A program made the translations under genes and the position numbers. Below are positions 50,250-64,000 of a DNA stretch of 64,000 nt, piece after piece; the stretch's first letter is position 1; each line of letters starts with the position of its first letter. The notes beneath the pieces are model-generated. The model was not told the origin of the DNA. It saw only the letters and a list, made by a program, of their open reading frames with translations, and did no database searches. The stretch is from positions 91,636,001 through 91,700,000 of the forward strand of contig OZ296649.1 of the NCBI GenBank assembly GCA_965655095.1, given 5' to 3'. This DNA comes from Haplodiscus bocki. Its lineage: Eukaryota.

Positions 50250-51700
50250 ACCCGATAGCTGTCGAGAATTACGAGTTTGAAAATCGACAAAAAGGAAAAT
50301 TTATTGGATCTTCTTGAAAGTTCGGCCTATCAACATTCCAATGTATGGGATAAAATCAGATTTTATTCTATCTAAGATTCATCTAAAAATATAGCACGGT
50401 CATTTCAGATCTTGATAGAAGAATTCAAATCCGTAGCTCTCGAGAAGGATGAATTGAAATATCGAAATACCTCCATAGTCATAGCACTTTTCGACAATCA
50501 GGACACCAATTCCGATTGGAGAAAAAAATCATAAAATTTAGAAACGTAGACTCCGCCTCAAGTAAAAAGCTGTCGATTGATACTTTGATGAAAAAATGAA
50601 GCAAGTAAAGCTTCAGAAAAATAGGTTTGAATGCCGAGGCAAAAAAATTAATAGCTTTTTCTGTTCTTTCTGGTCCAGTAAGATTCCACTGCAAAGATGG
50701 GATTTATCTTTTTATTCAAAATATGCAACACAAATAAAAAGCTTTAGATTGAGACTTTGAAGACAAAAATCAATCAATCCTTTTGGAGAAACGACTTTGG
50801 AAATTGAGATGAGTCAATATTGAAAAATTTTCTGTCGTGTTTTGACTATGAATGTTTCAATGCTGAATTGATAGTTTTTTAAACCAATAATCTTTTCAGA
50901 GACCGGATATTTTTTGATCAATTATCTATTGGATTAAATCAAGCATCTAATTATGGAGTATGGAAAGAATGAGTTTGAATACAGGAGATTTTGAATATTA
51001 TGCTAACAGCACTTCTGGAATTCTGGGGTTAACAGAATTTTGATTCAAGAACGACATCATTATTTTTCGAATCGACTAGTTCACAAAAGGAAGAAGGCTT
51101 CAGATTGAAACCATGAAATATAAATCAAGTCAGTGGTTATGGAGAAGTATTAGTTGGATTGTTGAAAAAGTGTTAAGACTAATAGCAGTTCCATGGCATA
51201 TTTGAACTATCAGAATTCCGACGCAAGGAACCAAATCAATAACCTTTAAATTGGAATTCTTTCTAGAAAGAAAGTTGTCCATTGACTGAAAACCGAAACA
51301 ATTTAAGCCTGTATTTAGAGAAAGAATGAATTTGCATCTTGTATTGAATCATTATTAATAGCATTTTTGAAATCTTTGGATTATCTCATTTCTGAACCGA
51401 GGATCAAACTAAAAATATTTTCCAATCGAGTCCACTTCCACAGGTCTGAATTTTCCAATTGAGGCCTTTCTTGAAGAAATCAAGCCACTAGTTCCGGAGA
51501 AATATGAGTTTGAATATGGAGATGATTCAATATCAAAAGCAGTTTCTGGATTTTTTGGATTATGACGCTTTTGACACAAGGATCAAAATCAATGTTTTTC
51601 ATTCGAATCATTTTTTAAAAAAATTGAAGCTGGCGATTAAGCCCTTCATGGAAGAAATCAAACCAGTAGATTCCATTTTATCAGGTTTTTCTTAATATAC
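50250..51700 (+). repeat. Highly diverged ~175-bp tandem array; related copies at 61825-62200
   Basis: GAAATCAA....TAGTT.TGGAGAAATATGAGTTTGAATA-like core near 50423, 50768, 50935, 51120, 51298, 51476 and 51653, and again at 61826 and 62001. Confidence 0.6.
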
Positions 51701-52011
51701 ATATTTTAAATGGAAAAGAAAGGTTTTTGATAACCGGGGCCATTTTTCTTCTTTTTCTTCATACAAGTTTTGCCATTTTAGTTTTTTCGTTTTTCGGGAG
51801 CTTTTTCATTTGTTGTTAATAACGATCACCCACAATAACCCACCAACAGTTGACTCACATTTAGTACTCGCAATATTAATTGATACTCTTGGTTTTTTTC
51901 GACAATACTTTTCTACAGTTCTAATATCATTTTTATTTTGCACACAAGTTTCATATATGGAAAGAAAATCATTTAATCAAAATAGAAGTTTTTTTTTCAA
52001 AATAAAGGTAA

Positions 52012-52473
52012 CCCAGGTTGACGTCCTCACTACTCTCGGCGATAATCATAGAAACTCCATTTTAATCCAGCAAATCAAATAGATTTTTCAGAAGGCTTTA
52101 GAGCTTTTAATTGAACACATTGCATAAATTTCAATGGAAATCTCTGTTTCAGAGCTAAAACAGCCATGATCAACGCTATAACAGAGTAAGATATCAGAGA
52201 TTTTCAGAGCTGAAATAGCTATCATCCAGAACTGAAAATCTCTGGTTTATGCTGGAATTTACTGAAAATTGCTTGAGGTTTATGGAAATCTCTGAATATT
52301 ACTGAAAAAACTTGGGAATCACTGAAGATTTATGAAAATTGCAGGTCTTTTTTCACGGATTCAGAATGGAATTTTTTGGTTAAATTTTCCTTTTTTTGCG
52401 GAATATTTCAAAATAACTCAACCTCTGAAACAGCGCTGTTCAGAGCTGAATATGTCTGGGACTTCAACTCTGG
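52012..52473. mobile_element. Non-autonomous CC(C)-terminated DNA transposon of the TCAGAGCTGA family
   Basis: Imperfect TIR CCCAGGTTGACGTCC / GGACTTCAACTCTGG, TAA on both flanks, and internal CAGAGCTGAA and CTGAAA subrepeats. Confidence 0.65.
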
Positions 52474-55400
52474 TAAAATTTCAAAAATCTTTTGGAGCCT
52501 TGTATAAAATTGTTTGATACCATATCATAAGTTTCTGAGAAATCTGCATCAAAAATCAAATAATACTGATAATGAAAACCTTTCAGAATTTTACTTGCTA
52601 TCGAAGTAATAAAAAGCAAAATACTTTTTGATCTCATTCGCTTTGTTCAGATTCCAGGTTTTTTTCTTGAAAAACAGGAAATGTGTTTGATAATGATTAA
52701 ATAAATTATCTCTTTTGACTAGCCGTGCTTCATGGCCGTGGTGGTTTAATTCCGCTTTTTTCTCTAAATACGTGTTTACCTATTGTGACAGCTGAAAAGT
52801 ATGCATGATTCAGAAGCAGCCAAATTCATTGACCTCCGAACCAATTCTGTTTTCTTTTACAGCCATATTTGATATAATAAGTTTGAAGTTTGTTACCCCG
52901 GATTGACCTACCATGAAATTCATACTGTCCAGTCTATGGACTATCCACTTCCACACAAAAGAAACAGTATATGATGTTGCAATGACATTAATGACAATTA
53001 ATTTATGACTTGCCTTCCTACCATAAACCTTAAAACTCAATTTTACAAACAATTAATTTGCTTTTCTGTGTTTGTAATTTTGCTTAAGTCTGAGATATTT
53101 CGACTCATATTTATAGGGGCCGCGGTCAAAAACGTATAGTTTATTTTTTTTAGGAAAACTCATTTGTAGCATTTTCCAAATATATCCAATGATAGATCAC
53201 TGGATTATACATCATGAAAAAGGGATTCTGCAAGGTCTGCTGCTTACTTGTGTCTAGTAAAAATGAACTTCATTCGTATTTATTCCGATACTTAGTCATA
53301 TTATTGCCAGAATTTTTGAAATTCACACTTTAAAGTAATTTTTTCCTTAAGTATGTCCAGTCAAAATTTTGTTCCTTAGAAAACGTTCAATAACTTCACA
53401 AAACTCACGCACATTTCTCCATACAAAGGTTATAATATGGTCCAGTTTATGACTTCCATGGAATCATACAACATTTAGGCCATGCAAGTCACAAACCATA
53501 AACTGCACCTTTTTTTGGACTCTATGACTGTCCTGACATCCATTCAACTTTATGGTACAGTGTATGACCTTCATATTTTCATACATCACCCCGGGATGTA
53601 TAATGAAATTAACAATTCTTCAAAAGTTTCCACTTGAACCAGAATTTTTTTGATGGCACTAATAGAACAAAATTTTGTTCAAGACAAAGCAATAAAGACC
53701 GAATTAATTTAGACCATACATCCTATGTTCAAACGGCACGCACTATTATATCCTTAATTAATGTTATTTCAGCTTTTCAACAGTGAACATTTCTACAGAA
53801 AAAGCGTGTGCTTAAAATTTCCGGGAAGTTTTCTCAAAAACATAGAAAGAAAAAATTGAAATGAGACACAACTTGATCATATATTAAAAAAATCTTGACT
53901 TGAAATATGTCAAAATATGAGATCCATGTGCAAATGTGAAAAATTTCCGTTACTTGTTTTTGAGGATTTTTTCAGAAACTGTTGACACTTCAAGGGAAAT
54001 TTTCAACCGTAAAAATTACAAATTTAACTTCAATAAGTAGCCCCTTCCCCGGAGAGAAAAGCACTGACTCAAAAATATTGGCATATTCAGAAATGAAATT
54101 CGTTTGGTTTTTTCCACACTTGAGTCTTGACCTATGTCGTATTCTTAAGTATAGCTAGAAATCGCTCAAGAGAAAAGTCAATTTCGATTAATAAATTATT
54201 GGGTTTCCTTAATTTACTGATGGAGATTTTACTGCACCAAAATAAGTAATAATGAATGTATGATGTATTCAATTCAACCGGAAGCATGGCTGCTGAATCA
54301 GTATGACCTAACCGTAAAGTTCAATTGAAATAAATGTTGGTACGTTTTTTGAGAAAAATTCTGTTGATTATCTTTGTTTCTGATAGTAGAAGATAGTAGA
54401 AGTTGATCGTTTTCACTTTTTTTGTTCAGGTTTGGCCGGGGTTGTCATCGGGGTTCCTTTCTGCTTGCTAAGTTCTATAACAAAATACAGTGTTCAAAAA
54501 TTATCAATATTGAAGGTCCGTAATGGTTTGGGGTTTTACCTTCCGGAGACCTACGGGATATCTTGTTTCTCGTTTTCTTTTCATTTTGGTTACCATGTTA
54601 CTCTGAGGTGGAGCGTTATTCGAAAAAGTTTACCCTTGTTTGTATCTTGTTCCCTTGTTCCTGTTCCCGTTATTCATCTTCTTCCCCGGAAACGAAAAGT
54701 GCCGGATTCAATATATTTGTTCCAATATCCGGCTCAAAAGTGTTTTGAACCAGTGTTTCTTCACCACCTCTTCTCGAATTCACGATTTCCACCACCTTCT
54801 CATAGCCAGTGGTGAACTTCCCGTCCTCTCCTTTTTTCGGCTTCTTCAGGAGTGACAGGTGGGGCCTATAGTTAAAATGCGGCTCAAATTCCCAAATGAT
54901 GGTCCTGAAGTTTGATTTTTGTGTACCCAACGGTTATTTTTGCTTAGTACCATGTGATCCATTACGGTTAAAATTTATTGTGACTTCGTTTTGTAACTAC
55001 ATGTATGAATTTTCTGACGTGATTTCTCTCGGTAAAGTTCTCTCGAAATTATAAATGTTGGTTTATTCTTTAGGACGGGTTGTTTATAGACAAGTCGCTA
55101 GTTAGTTTGGTTCTTTTTTGATAGCAGACGCTTATCACAACCTTCTACATTGTTTAGGAAAATCAGTAACAAAAAAGTTTGTGTAATGGTCGACTCCTCA
55201 CTTGCCAGTAACTTTCGGATTTTTTTCGGCCATTAACTGACTCCTAAGTTAGTAAGCTTCAAGCAGAATGGCATTGGTGCATATGAAAGCATCAAGTTTT
55301 TCACGCTATCAGCATTTAGCATTTTAAGACGGAACGCTGAGCGAATATTCACGGTTTCTGATTTCGTGATACTTCTTGACTCAATTCTGGATTGAGTTTC

Positions 55401-57865
55401 CAGAGCTTTTTTCAGTCGAGCCAATTATATCATTCATTTCGCTTGAATGGAACATTGAATGGCACAATTTTGTCTCAACTATGCTGAATTTGATCAAGTT
55501 TTAACCACAAACTTTTCAAGAATGTGTAAAAATATGTTCTGTAGATTGAAACATGACGGCCAACTTGCTCTACTTTGGACGCCAAAAAGCTATAATTAAG
55601 TTAAGCTGAACTGTCGAATGTTATGTATATTTTTTGGTGGTTTGAATGTTCAATTTATTAGATGACTTACTATATTTATTCAACATATTTTACATGAATA
55701 AACTTAGTGACGTATTTCGAATTCAAAAACGAGCTGATTTTGAAAAATTTAAGAAACTCAATGATAATTTTGGCTCAATTTGAAACGAAATTGTCATAAA
55801 ATTTAGCCACAAAGTGTTATTTACAGCGTGAAGCCGTGTAAGACTGAGAAAGGAGAATTAGGAATGGCCGGCTACAATAACTCGCAGTTTCAAATGACTA
55901 GCGATGTCGATAGAAATTTCCCACAAAAGAAACTTTCCAACGCAGAGCCGGGAGCATTAAACATTGGGGGTATGGGCCGGTTTCAGAGCCAGCAGAGGAT
56001 TTTGGATGGATTGGAAACGACCGAAAATGCGAACGAAAGCCAATTTAACAAAAAATGGAGAGAAGCATACGCCGTGTGGAAGTTATGCTGCAGTGAAAGT
56101 TCTTTACCTGGGGTACCCAATGTTATCCATTCTGAAGGTTCGTTTTGAACACAATTTATGACGGCCTGAATCAAAGTCATAACCATACTTGTTACCAGCG
56201 CTGTTACCCGGGTTGACCACTCCAGAGATAACTTACTACGGTCCTGCTCTGGGCCCAGCTCTGTCAGAAATAAAATGCACTGAAAGGTCTTGCTAAGAAT
56301 GCTCTGGTCCGGAGATGGAACTTAGTAAGCTATTTCTGGACCCAGAGATAAAAGTTTCTATTTTTATTCTCAACTTTTTTGATTTCAACTGTTGAGCAGT
56401 TTCTAACCAAGTTGTGTTTATTTCTGAAAAAGTGAAAAGAAACTGCTTGACTCGGAAAAAAAACAAATATGATCTTATTCAATAGGACGACATAATTGAA
56501 GAAAAAAGGGGATAATCATTAACTCTTGTTAATACTGACAGACAAAATTAATCAGAAAATTTTACTCCATAATTTAAGCAAAATACTTTCATCTGGTTTC
56601 GTCTGGTCCTACATTCGTCGGGTAGATAATTTCATGATTTGCATTAAATATCAAACTCTTTCACAAGAGGGCCATGTGTGCGTGAAGCGCCCGTACCTAA
56701 CATACAAAGTCCCTGAGATGGAACTTAGAAAGAATGCTGAGTTTCTTCTTTGGGAGGGCAACCTGGGTTCAATGAGTAATTATAGCAAGTTAGTGTCGCA
56801 CATATAGATGTACATTTAATTTTAATTAATAGGTGTAATCTACATGTGCCACACTAATTTTTCACCATACAAACAATTGTAATTTTGAGTTCAACCGGCT
56901 TCCCGGAACGTTTTCCGTGGAGCGCAGTTATTTTTCCAAAACAGCCCTTATATTCGCCTATACCGCCGCTAGCATTCTAAGATTCGCCGATGCGCCCTTA
57001 TCGCAGCACATTTTTGGAAAAAAACAGAAAATCGGTGGTTTTCCGCCAAACAGCGCCGGTTATGTCGCCTATATCTTAGAAAAAGAACGCCGCTAAATGA
57101 TGATAACGTAGTCCGAATGTCAGTTTTTAGGATGTTCTTTCGGAGGAATCCAATAGTTGTCCCCGCGTTTCTAAGATGAAACATCAATCAACTCACTACA
57201 TTTTAAGAAATCTGATACCACAATTTGCGGATTTTTTGTCTCGAATCAAGCAAAAAGCAATTTTTGCTAAGAAAACAGTGATCTTCTTGTGGTATATATG
57301 CTATCATTTTGTGAACTAAGCAAAGTTTTTATGCAGATGATTGAATCGGGGATTTTTTCATTTTCAACTTCTCGGCTTTTTCAAACTCCGGAATGAGATA
57401 AAGTTTTTGGTTTCGGCCCAGGAAAAGAATACACATCACGGAATCACCTTTGAGCAAAAAATATAATCCACATAAGAGAGTCTGCTAACGGCGAAATTTT
57501 GCTACGAAAGTCCGGTCAGCGCCGCTTTTTTCCAAGAAACGCCGGCATCCACATCTATTTTGCTACGAATTTCGAATTTCCCAGCGCTCTCCATTTTTCC
57601 TCCTATGAATTTTCGTCGTGGAAAAAGTTTAGACAAAAATTCAGCTCGGGTGGACGCTCATTTTATGTTGACTGTGACAGTCAGGATCAATGTTGAATAA
57701 TCAACGCAGTAGTTTTTGAGATATTTTGTGACACCTGGGTTGACCCAATTGGCAAATCATACTATGCACCGTAAATAACCAAACAAAAAACAGTTTGGTA
57801 ATGCCATTATTTTCCCATTTTTTTCGCCTGTATATCCCAGTATGACAAGTTCGTCATCCATAGAA

Positions 57866-58010
57866 TTGTTTGGCATTATGAAATTCAGTGAAACTCATGT
57901 CTTCTCAATATGGCAATCTCCGAAACTTGTGTTTGGCATTATGGAATTCAGTGAAACTCATGTCTTCTCAATATGGCAATCTCTGAAACTTGTGTTTGGC
58001 ATTCTGGAAT
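57866..58010. repeat. 63-bp tandem repeat (about 2.3 copies, decaying to ~58140)
   Basis: TGGCATT recurs at 57871, 57934 and 57997 with near-identical intervening sequence. Confidence 0.9.
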
Positions 58011-59649
58011 TGAACAAAAATTAAATTTTTTCATTGTGGCATTCTATGAAACTGATGTTTGGCACTTTGTTATACAATAAAATCCAGTTTTCTCATTATG
58101 GCGTTCACTGAAATTCAAGCTCTTTTAATGAAGCATTTGAACAAACTCTTGTTTTATTTTCAACTTTACCCGATATTTTGAGGCCTTATGTTTCTCTTTT
58201 GCTTACTTTATTCCATGTTTTCCGATTTAGTGCAGCAAATCAGGGAATTTGACTTCTATCGACGATTTACAAATTTTTCCTGTGAGTTCTGCATTTTGTC
58301 TCAAAACAGAGTTTAAGGCTGATATATTTGAACCTATGCCTCCTGGTTCTACTGTTTCTGAAAACAAACCAAACATTCAATTGATGGTCTGTGAGGTTTC
58401 CATACTATGCACCATACTGTGTTCCCATCTAACTTTTGTCTGGAATCATACAAGATTTTGGCTCCTTACGAATAGGTAAAGCATACCCTGAGCCATGTTT
58501 TAGCTAATTCATAAAGCTCATTTAAGCCATACTCTTGTATGGACTGCTTATGCCTTTCATGCAACAATTATATACCAAAAATGATCTTCCTGTGCTACAA
58601 CAAAATCTAGTTAATTTTTATTTGGAACTTTCCTCTCGTTCAAAACTGTTTTTATTCCGTCCAAAAATTCAACCAATCAAGTATCAGGTAAAATATATCA
58701 TGGAAAGGTTAAAGTAGATGAACCAAATTGGGTTTGGATTAAACAATGCATGTGTCTACAAATGAACCAATGACCACTTCTATTTTACCTAGCAGCATTT
58801 TGTCTACAACTTGTAATTCTACTCATAAACAGCTGCCCATCACAATCCTCATTGTTCGAACTCCTCAGAGTAATCTATGGAATATTCGTTTGAGACAGCA
58901 GTATCTAAAAACCGGAAAACTTTTTTGCCGATACCGTGCGGCGCCCCAATCGTCTGGCAATTTTAACGTTCATAGCCTAGTGGAAAATTATTTTTCACCG
59001 TATTCTGTCCTGTGGTTCTGTAAAGCTGTACTGTTCTGTCGGATAAAATCTGCGTCAATTCCTTGCAGGTATCCTTTTCTCCGCTGAGATTACAAACACT
59101 TGCAGGATTGTAACTAACGGATCCGGTTCCCAGTTTTTTCTCAACGGTGTGGTCTACCCGTTTGATATCGGAGTAAAGTATTCCCTGCTTCTTCGTGACC
59201 TGCCCTGAAATTTCAACCGTCACTGCGTAACTGCTTTTTCTTAGTGTCCGCTATGGTTACTGAGTGGCTGAAATAGTAATGGTTTTGACACTTGAAATAA
59301 TCTGTGTTAGTTTCAATTAGTACCTCTTCATTTGCTCCCAGCAAAGTTTTGTCGATGTTCATATTTTGTTGTATCATTTTGGTTTAGATTTTTTTCTACC
59401 GATTCCGTGAAGTGGTTTCTTGCCAAAAAAATTGGAATTGTTTCCGGCTAACTAGTGGGCGCTTTTTTGCATCAGTAATTTTGATCATCTTCGGTTAGCT
59501 TTCGCCTTAGTTATATTTGTCGCCATAGCAATATGGTCATTTGAAATCCTTGTACCGCTGCGCATGAAGTAAACCGGAAGTTTAGTCTGGTTTTTTGAAG
59601 CACAAATACTTTCCAGCTTGATAACAGAACAACATATGATGGTTGTTGA

Positions 59650-60000
59650 AAGCGTTTGTAGTTACGGCTTGCAGTTCCCCGTCGCATTTCAACTCAAAAG
59701 GCCCTAAAATACACGCGTACGCTGTGATCAGTGAATGTGCTTACCCATTAAGAGCGATTGTTTCCCTTTTCTGACTAAACCGTCTTTCAATTTAGCCAAT
59801 AGTAATCGTTTCAAGGTTTCGATTGATCTTTCGACAAATCCCGATGATGAAAAATGCAATCACAGTGGTCCTGTTAAAAATATAATTTCATACTTTTTTG
59901 CCATAAAATCAAAAACCTTTACTACTTGGTAGGCCAACAATATCTGTTCTCATATTGTTTCAAGTTTTCCAAAAACTTTTTTCGGGTTTTTTTTGTCGTC
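59650..60000 (-). pseudogene. LTR-retrotransposon (Gypsy-like) integrase core relic, part of a decayed pol at ~58950-61200
   Basis: Minus strand reads MRTD...F.FMAKKYEIIFLTGP...SSGFVERSIETLKRLL, matching the D..(35)E core G.VER.I.TLK. Confidence 0.55.
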
Positions 60001-61559
60001 GTTACATACCTTGACGACTGGTCATTTGCCAAAACAGAAAAGTAAAAGGCTAATTAGATTGACTTTTTTTACTTTTTGATTATATATTTGTACGGTAAAA
60101 TCTAGCTGCGACTCTTTACTCATTTCTTTTGATGGATCATTCTTCATTTTTTTTTCAGTTTTTGGTGATTTTATTTCAAAATCTTACCAGCACTGGTGCA
60201 TGTTGTGCAATTTTCATTTTCGTAGGATTTGTTATCGGGTTTTCGGCCGTCAAGAGATATTGGACTGAGCAATCATCTGTATCTGGACTTGATGACCCAC
60301 ATAAAAGGCGCTCAAACAGTTACAGGAGAATTAATCCAGCTCTAGTGTTAAATTGGTAGGAAAACCGTTAATAATCGTAAAATTGCCCAAAAGCAGATCA
60401 TCGTTTCCGACTGTGAGCCTCATCATTGTTTCCATGAGGTCCTTGTTTCGGACTGTTTTTTTGATCAATGTTTTATGGTCTATCATAAAACTGATTTCTC
60501 CTTTTCTGATGTTTCCTCCGGCTGGATCAGTGAGCTTTCGAGAATTTGGATGTTGCGATTAATTTGCATGTGATGGAATCATTTTATACTTTCCCGTCCG
60601 TAACTTTCTGCATTCAATAGTCAATTTTTGTCTCAGATTCAGACGGTACATATTCTTTGTGGTGCCACCGGGTTCCTGATGGTTGAGATTTTGACAGTCG
60701 TGGTTCTCTCCATTTGGGCGTTTGCAGGTCCAAAGTTTGGGCATCTTTTACCACGACTCTCTTTCTTCGCTTGAGCCCGTACCGTACGGCGATCAGAAGC
60801 ATCGCCTGTGTTTGGCCTTCTTCAGCTTCCATTTCCCGGCAGCACTATGATTCTTTTTCTCCGACGAGTTTTCCAGAGAATGGGGAAAGGTCGTTTTGAA
60901 TTTTTGCTGAAGTTTGCTTGGTCTTTTCAGTGTTTGTTTTTGTTATCCCCTTTTTGAGCTGCAAGTCTTGCTTCAAGCCTAATTTTGTTTGATATGACAA
61001 CTGATGTGTTGAAATCACAATTTGATTGCTCAGTCGGTCGTGATCTCGGTTTACTTTCCCGTAGCTAGATTTAGTCTCGCTTTGTGCGTTGTTACGCTTG
61101 CAAATTTCACTCAATATCACTCTATCACTCTGTTTACAGAACCATATTACAGCGTTATTGACATAATTATCACCCAAAGACGTTCTGGTATCTGTCACTG
61201 AATGCGATTGTTTACTTAATTTTTTCTGTCAATTCGTTTTCTCCCAGATAACAGGTTTTACTTTGATGGCAAAGTGTGAGAGACGTTTTAACCATCCTGT
61301 ATGTCTTCTGTTCTACAAAGTGTTAGATCAATTTTTCCCCAATGGTAGCTGTGGTGATTTGAGATCGTTGAATTTAATTACCGCCTTTGCAATTTTACAC
61401 TATCTATGATATCACTTTGCCTAAGCAAGCTTTGGTAGATCTAATTATCCAGTTGCATGCCGTTTCTTTGTATCTTAGAGGAATTTGGTTGCTGAAGCAA
61501 TTCGTTTTGTTTCACCATGTTTTGGGTTTTGCCAAAATGCTGCTCCCTATCCCTTGTCA

Positions 61560-61810
61560 CTGTATCAGGAGTTCAGTAGGATAAAGAGTCGAATTCTGGG
61601 TGTTGTGTCAGAGTTATACAAATGTCTTCTGCATCCACAAGTCCGGGCACAATTTAAAACCTTTCCAAGAACATCCCGAAATTCCAACACAGAAAACCAA
61701 GAACCAAACGAGGACCGTTTCCACAATGATGCTCGTCCTGAAGTAGGTGCCTCCATTTACGAGTCCTCTCAAATTAAAAATTCAGACCCAGATGAGCGAT
61801 GTTACTATTA
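61560..61810 (+). repeat. 3' fragment of the MATLR solo-LTR-like family (copy 4)
   Basis: QEFSRIKSRILGVVSELYKCLLHPQVR...RTSRNSNTENQEPNEDR aligns with ORF 15813-16259. Confidence 0.8.
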
Positions 61811-63139
61811 TTACCTTGATTGCAGAAATTGAGCCTGTCGTTTTGGAGAAATTTGAGTTTCAATAACGAAATTTGTCGAAACAAATAGCAGTCTTTGGCA
61901 TTTTCAGCCTATGACGATTCCGATGCAAGGAACAAATTTACTGATTTTCAGACCTCATAGTCCACCAAGTAGTAAATTTTCGATTGAGACCTTGCAGTAC
62001 GAAATCAATTCTGTAGTTATGGAGAAATATGAATTTGAATAACCAGATAAGTTAAGATGTATAGATTTTTGGCATTTCTGCTCTATCAGGATTCCAATTC
62101 AAGGATCAACATCCACGATCTTAATTGTCATGCTTTCTGCAATTATTAGGCTGCTGATTGAAATGTTGGTGTTTAGAATCCAGCCCTCAGTAATTGCCAA
62201 AATTGAGATTGGAGGTCGCAGAAAGTCGACGCTATGTGCCTGCTTTAACATCGCAGTATGGTGGTAACACAACGAAGGATCTACAAAAAAATTTTGCGTC
62301 AAAGTGTTGGTGGTTTAGGGCCTGGAGAAGCAGTAATTACACTTAATTTTTACAGAAAAGTTTCCTATTTTTGCGGCTTTCCAGGAAATTAAAAAATATT
62401 GAAGTATTTCAAAAAGTTTTTGATTAAAAATAGTTTGTTTCAAGAGAGCTATTCAATCGAAAAGTTAACCGGGTTATCAAATCAATACTGAATTAATAGG
62501 AAACACCCTATTTTTTGCATTGAAGAATTTCAAAAAATGTATACGAGTACTTTAAAACAAATAAAAGAAGCAGCTTGAAGAAAGATTCGAACGCAATACC
62601 TAACCGCGGTGAAAACACGCTTTCGAATTATGAGAGACACTAAGAGTGCAGACTTGCAGTGCATACTTTCAGCTATAATCTGCGAGAAGTCTGCCTGTCT
62701 TGGGTAATTTCAGAAAAACTAAAAAATACCCATACTGAATTGAATATTTTCCTGTCAAGAGTTTTCTCGACTGAAAAAAATAATCACTACGCGGAAACAT
62801 GCAACAATTATGAAATATTTATTTAGGCATTCCTGTCCGTCAAAAACCCGCGAATATTTTTGAATAAACGACATTATGAAAATCTAGTATATAACTTTTT
62901 TGCCGTGGTGTATGTATTCAAAGACTTTTTGTCACGGTCTATGTTTGTTGTTAACAACAATTTGTCAATCTATAATTTGATTCCAAATATCCACCAGCTT
63001 GAAAAAAACAACGCAATGAAGCATGCCATTTTGGTTGAGAAAAATCACGTATATTCGACGGCGGATGTTTTGAGTTGTACTAAGGCATTCATATTTAGTT
63101 GTCATATGGTCTACTCAAAGTAATTGTTATCTGAAAGAG

Positions 63140-64000
63140 GTCAGCGCTTGCTAAGTCTAAGAGATTCTGGCCAGCGACGAAAACCAAAAAAAAAAATTCA
63201 AAGCATGAAATTAGCGCCAGACAGCGTTTAAAAAGCATTGATTATCTCTGAAACATTGCTGGTTCAGAGCTGAGTAGCGCTGATTTCCTATGAAACAGCA
63301 CTGAAACTTTAAAGTTTTGAAGTGAAAAAACGGTCGCTGAACAACTCTGAATCAGCGCTGTTTTTCTTTGAAAAAGAGCTGATTCACAGTTGCTTGGCGC
63401 TGATTTCCTGATTTTCTCTGAAACAAAGCAGATGCTTCTCGCTGAAGACTTCTGAAATAGTTCTAATCAGTCTTGATTTTTTCTCCAACAGGGCTGAATG
63501 TCTCTTTTTTCTTCTGTTCAAATTTTCCTTCTCCTCACCTAAACTTTATTCCTTTTCTTCAATTTGTTCCCAGGTAAACGGAGATCTTGACCTTTCAGCT
63601 TATTAATTTTTTCGACAAAATTTGATATCTTCGTATTTGGATGTAGGTCCTACTCCTTGTGAAAAGATTTTTTTGGCAAACATATATCCTATTTTTCATC
63701 TGCAATTTTTCTGCCGAAAACAGTAGATATTTAACTTTCTGGAAGTTGTCTAAATCTTTTTTGGCGAAAATTAGGTAGTACTTTAATGTAAAAATAGATT
63801 GTTTTTCGGCAGAATTATATCTTATTCTACTTTACAAGAACTTTTTCTTTTCAAGTCAAGTTTTCTAGAGGAAAACTTAGATCTTACAATTTTTGGCAAA
63901 TAATAATCAACTCTGTTCACCGCTGTTTCAGTGCTGCTTTCTTTGACTCAGCGCTGTTTAGCACAGGTCAAAATTCATCACGTTCCGGCCTCAGAGAAAT
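63140..64000. repeat. TCAGAGCTGA/CAGCGCTG-family repeat, running off the window end
   Basis: Dense CAGCGCTG, TCAGAGCTGA and CTCTGAAA motifs as at 24070-24831 and 52012-52473. Confidence 0.6.

Noticed and set aside
54432-54930. Overlapping ORFs, possibly the tail of an LTR-retrotransposon pol
   Set aside because: Only a weak RYP.LRK-like motif and no catalytic domain.

Overview
AT-rich eukaryotic (probably invertebrate animal) genomic window dominated by decayed mobile DNA, with two assembly gaps (17998-18197, 37333-37633). Main contents: (1) the right part of a decayed Polinton/Maverick (adintovirus-like) element at 1-~7270, with capsid, integrase and a protein-primed PolB carrying an Endonuclease VII/HNH insert. 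(2) A second, full-length but pseudogenised Polinton of a different type at 26559-45264, with ~450-bp TIRs, a perfect 6-bp TSD (AATGAC), protease, major and minor capsid, integrase, packaging ATPase, an ~7-kb block of accessory ORFs and a pPolB carrying a VSR-like insert. (3) A young 5'-truncated RTE-clade LINE (46549-49144) with a 9-bp TSD. (4) One host exon of a phosphatidylinositol transfer protein (16758-17302, minus strand). (5) Several ORF-bearing solo-LTR-like repeats, a MULE transposase relic, a Gypsy-like integrase relic, CCC-terminated non-autonomous DNA transposons, MITEs and tandem arrays. All assignments come from manual motif reading and comparison, with no database searches. Pseudogene boundaries are approximate.
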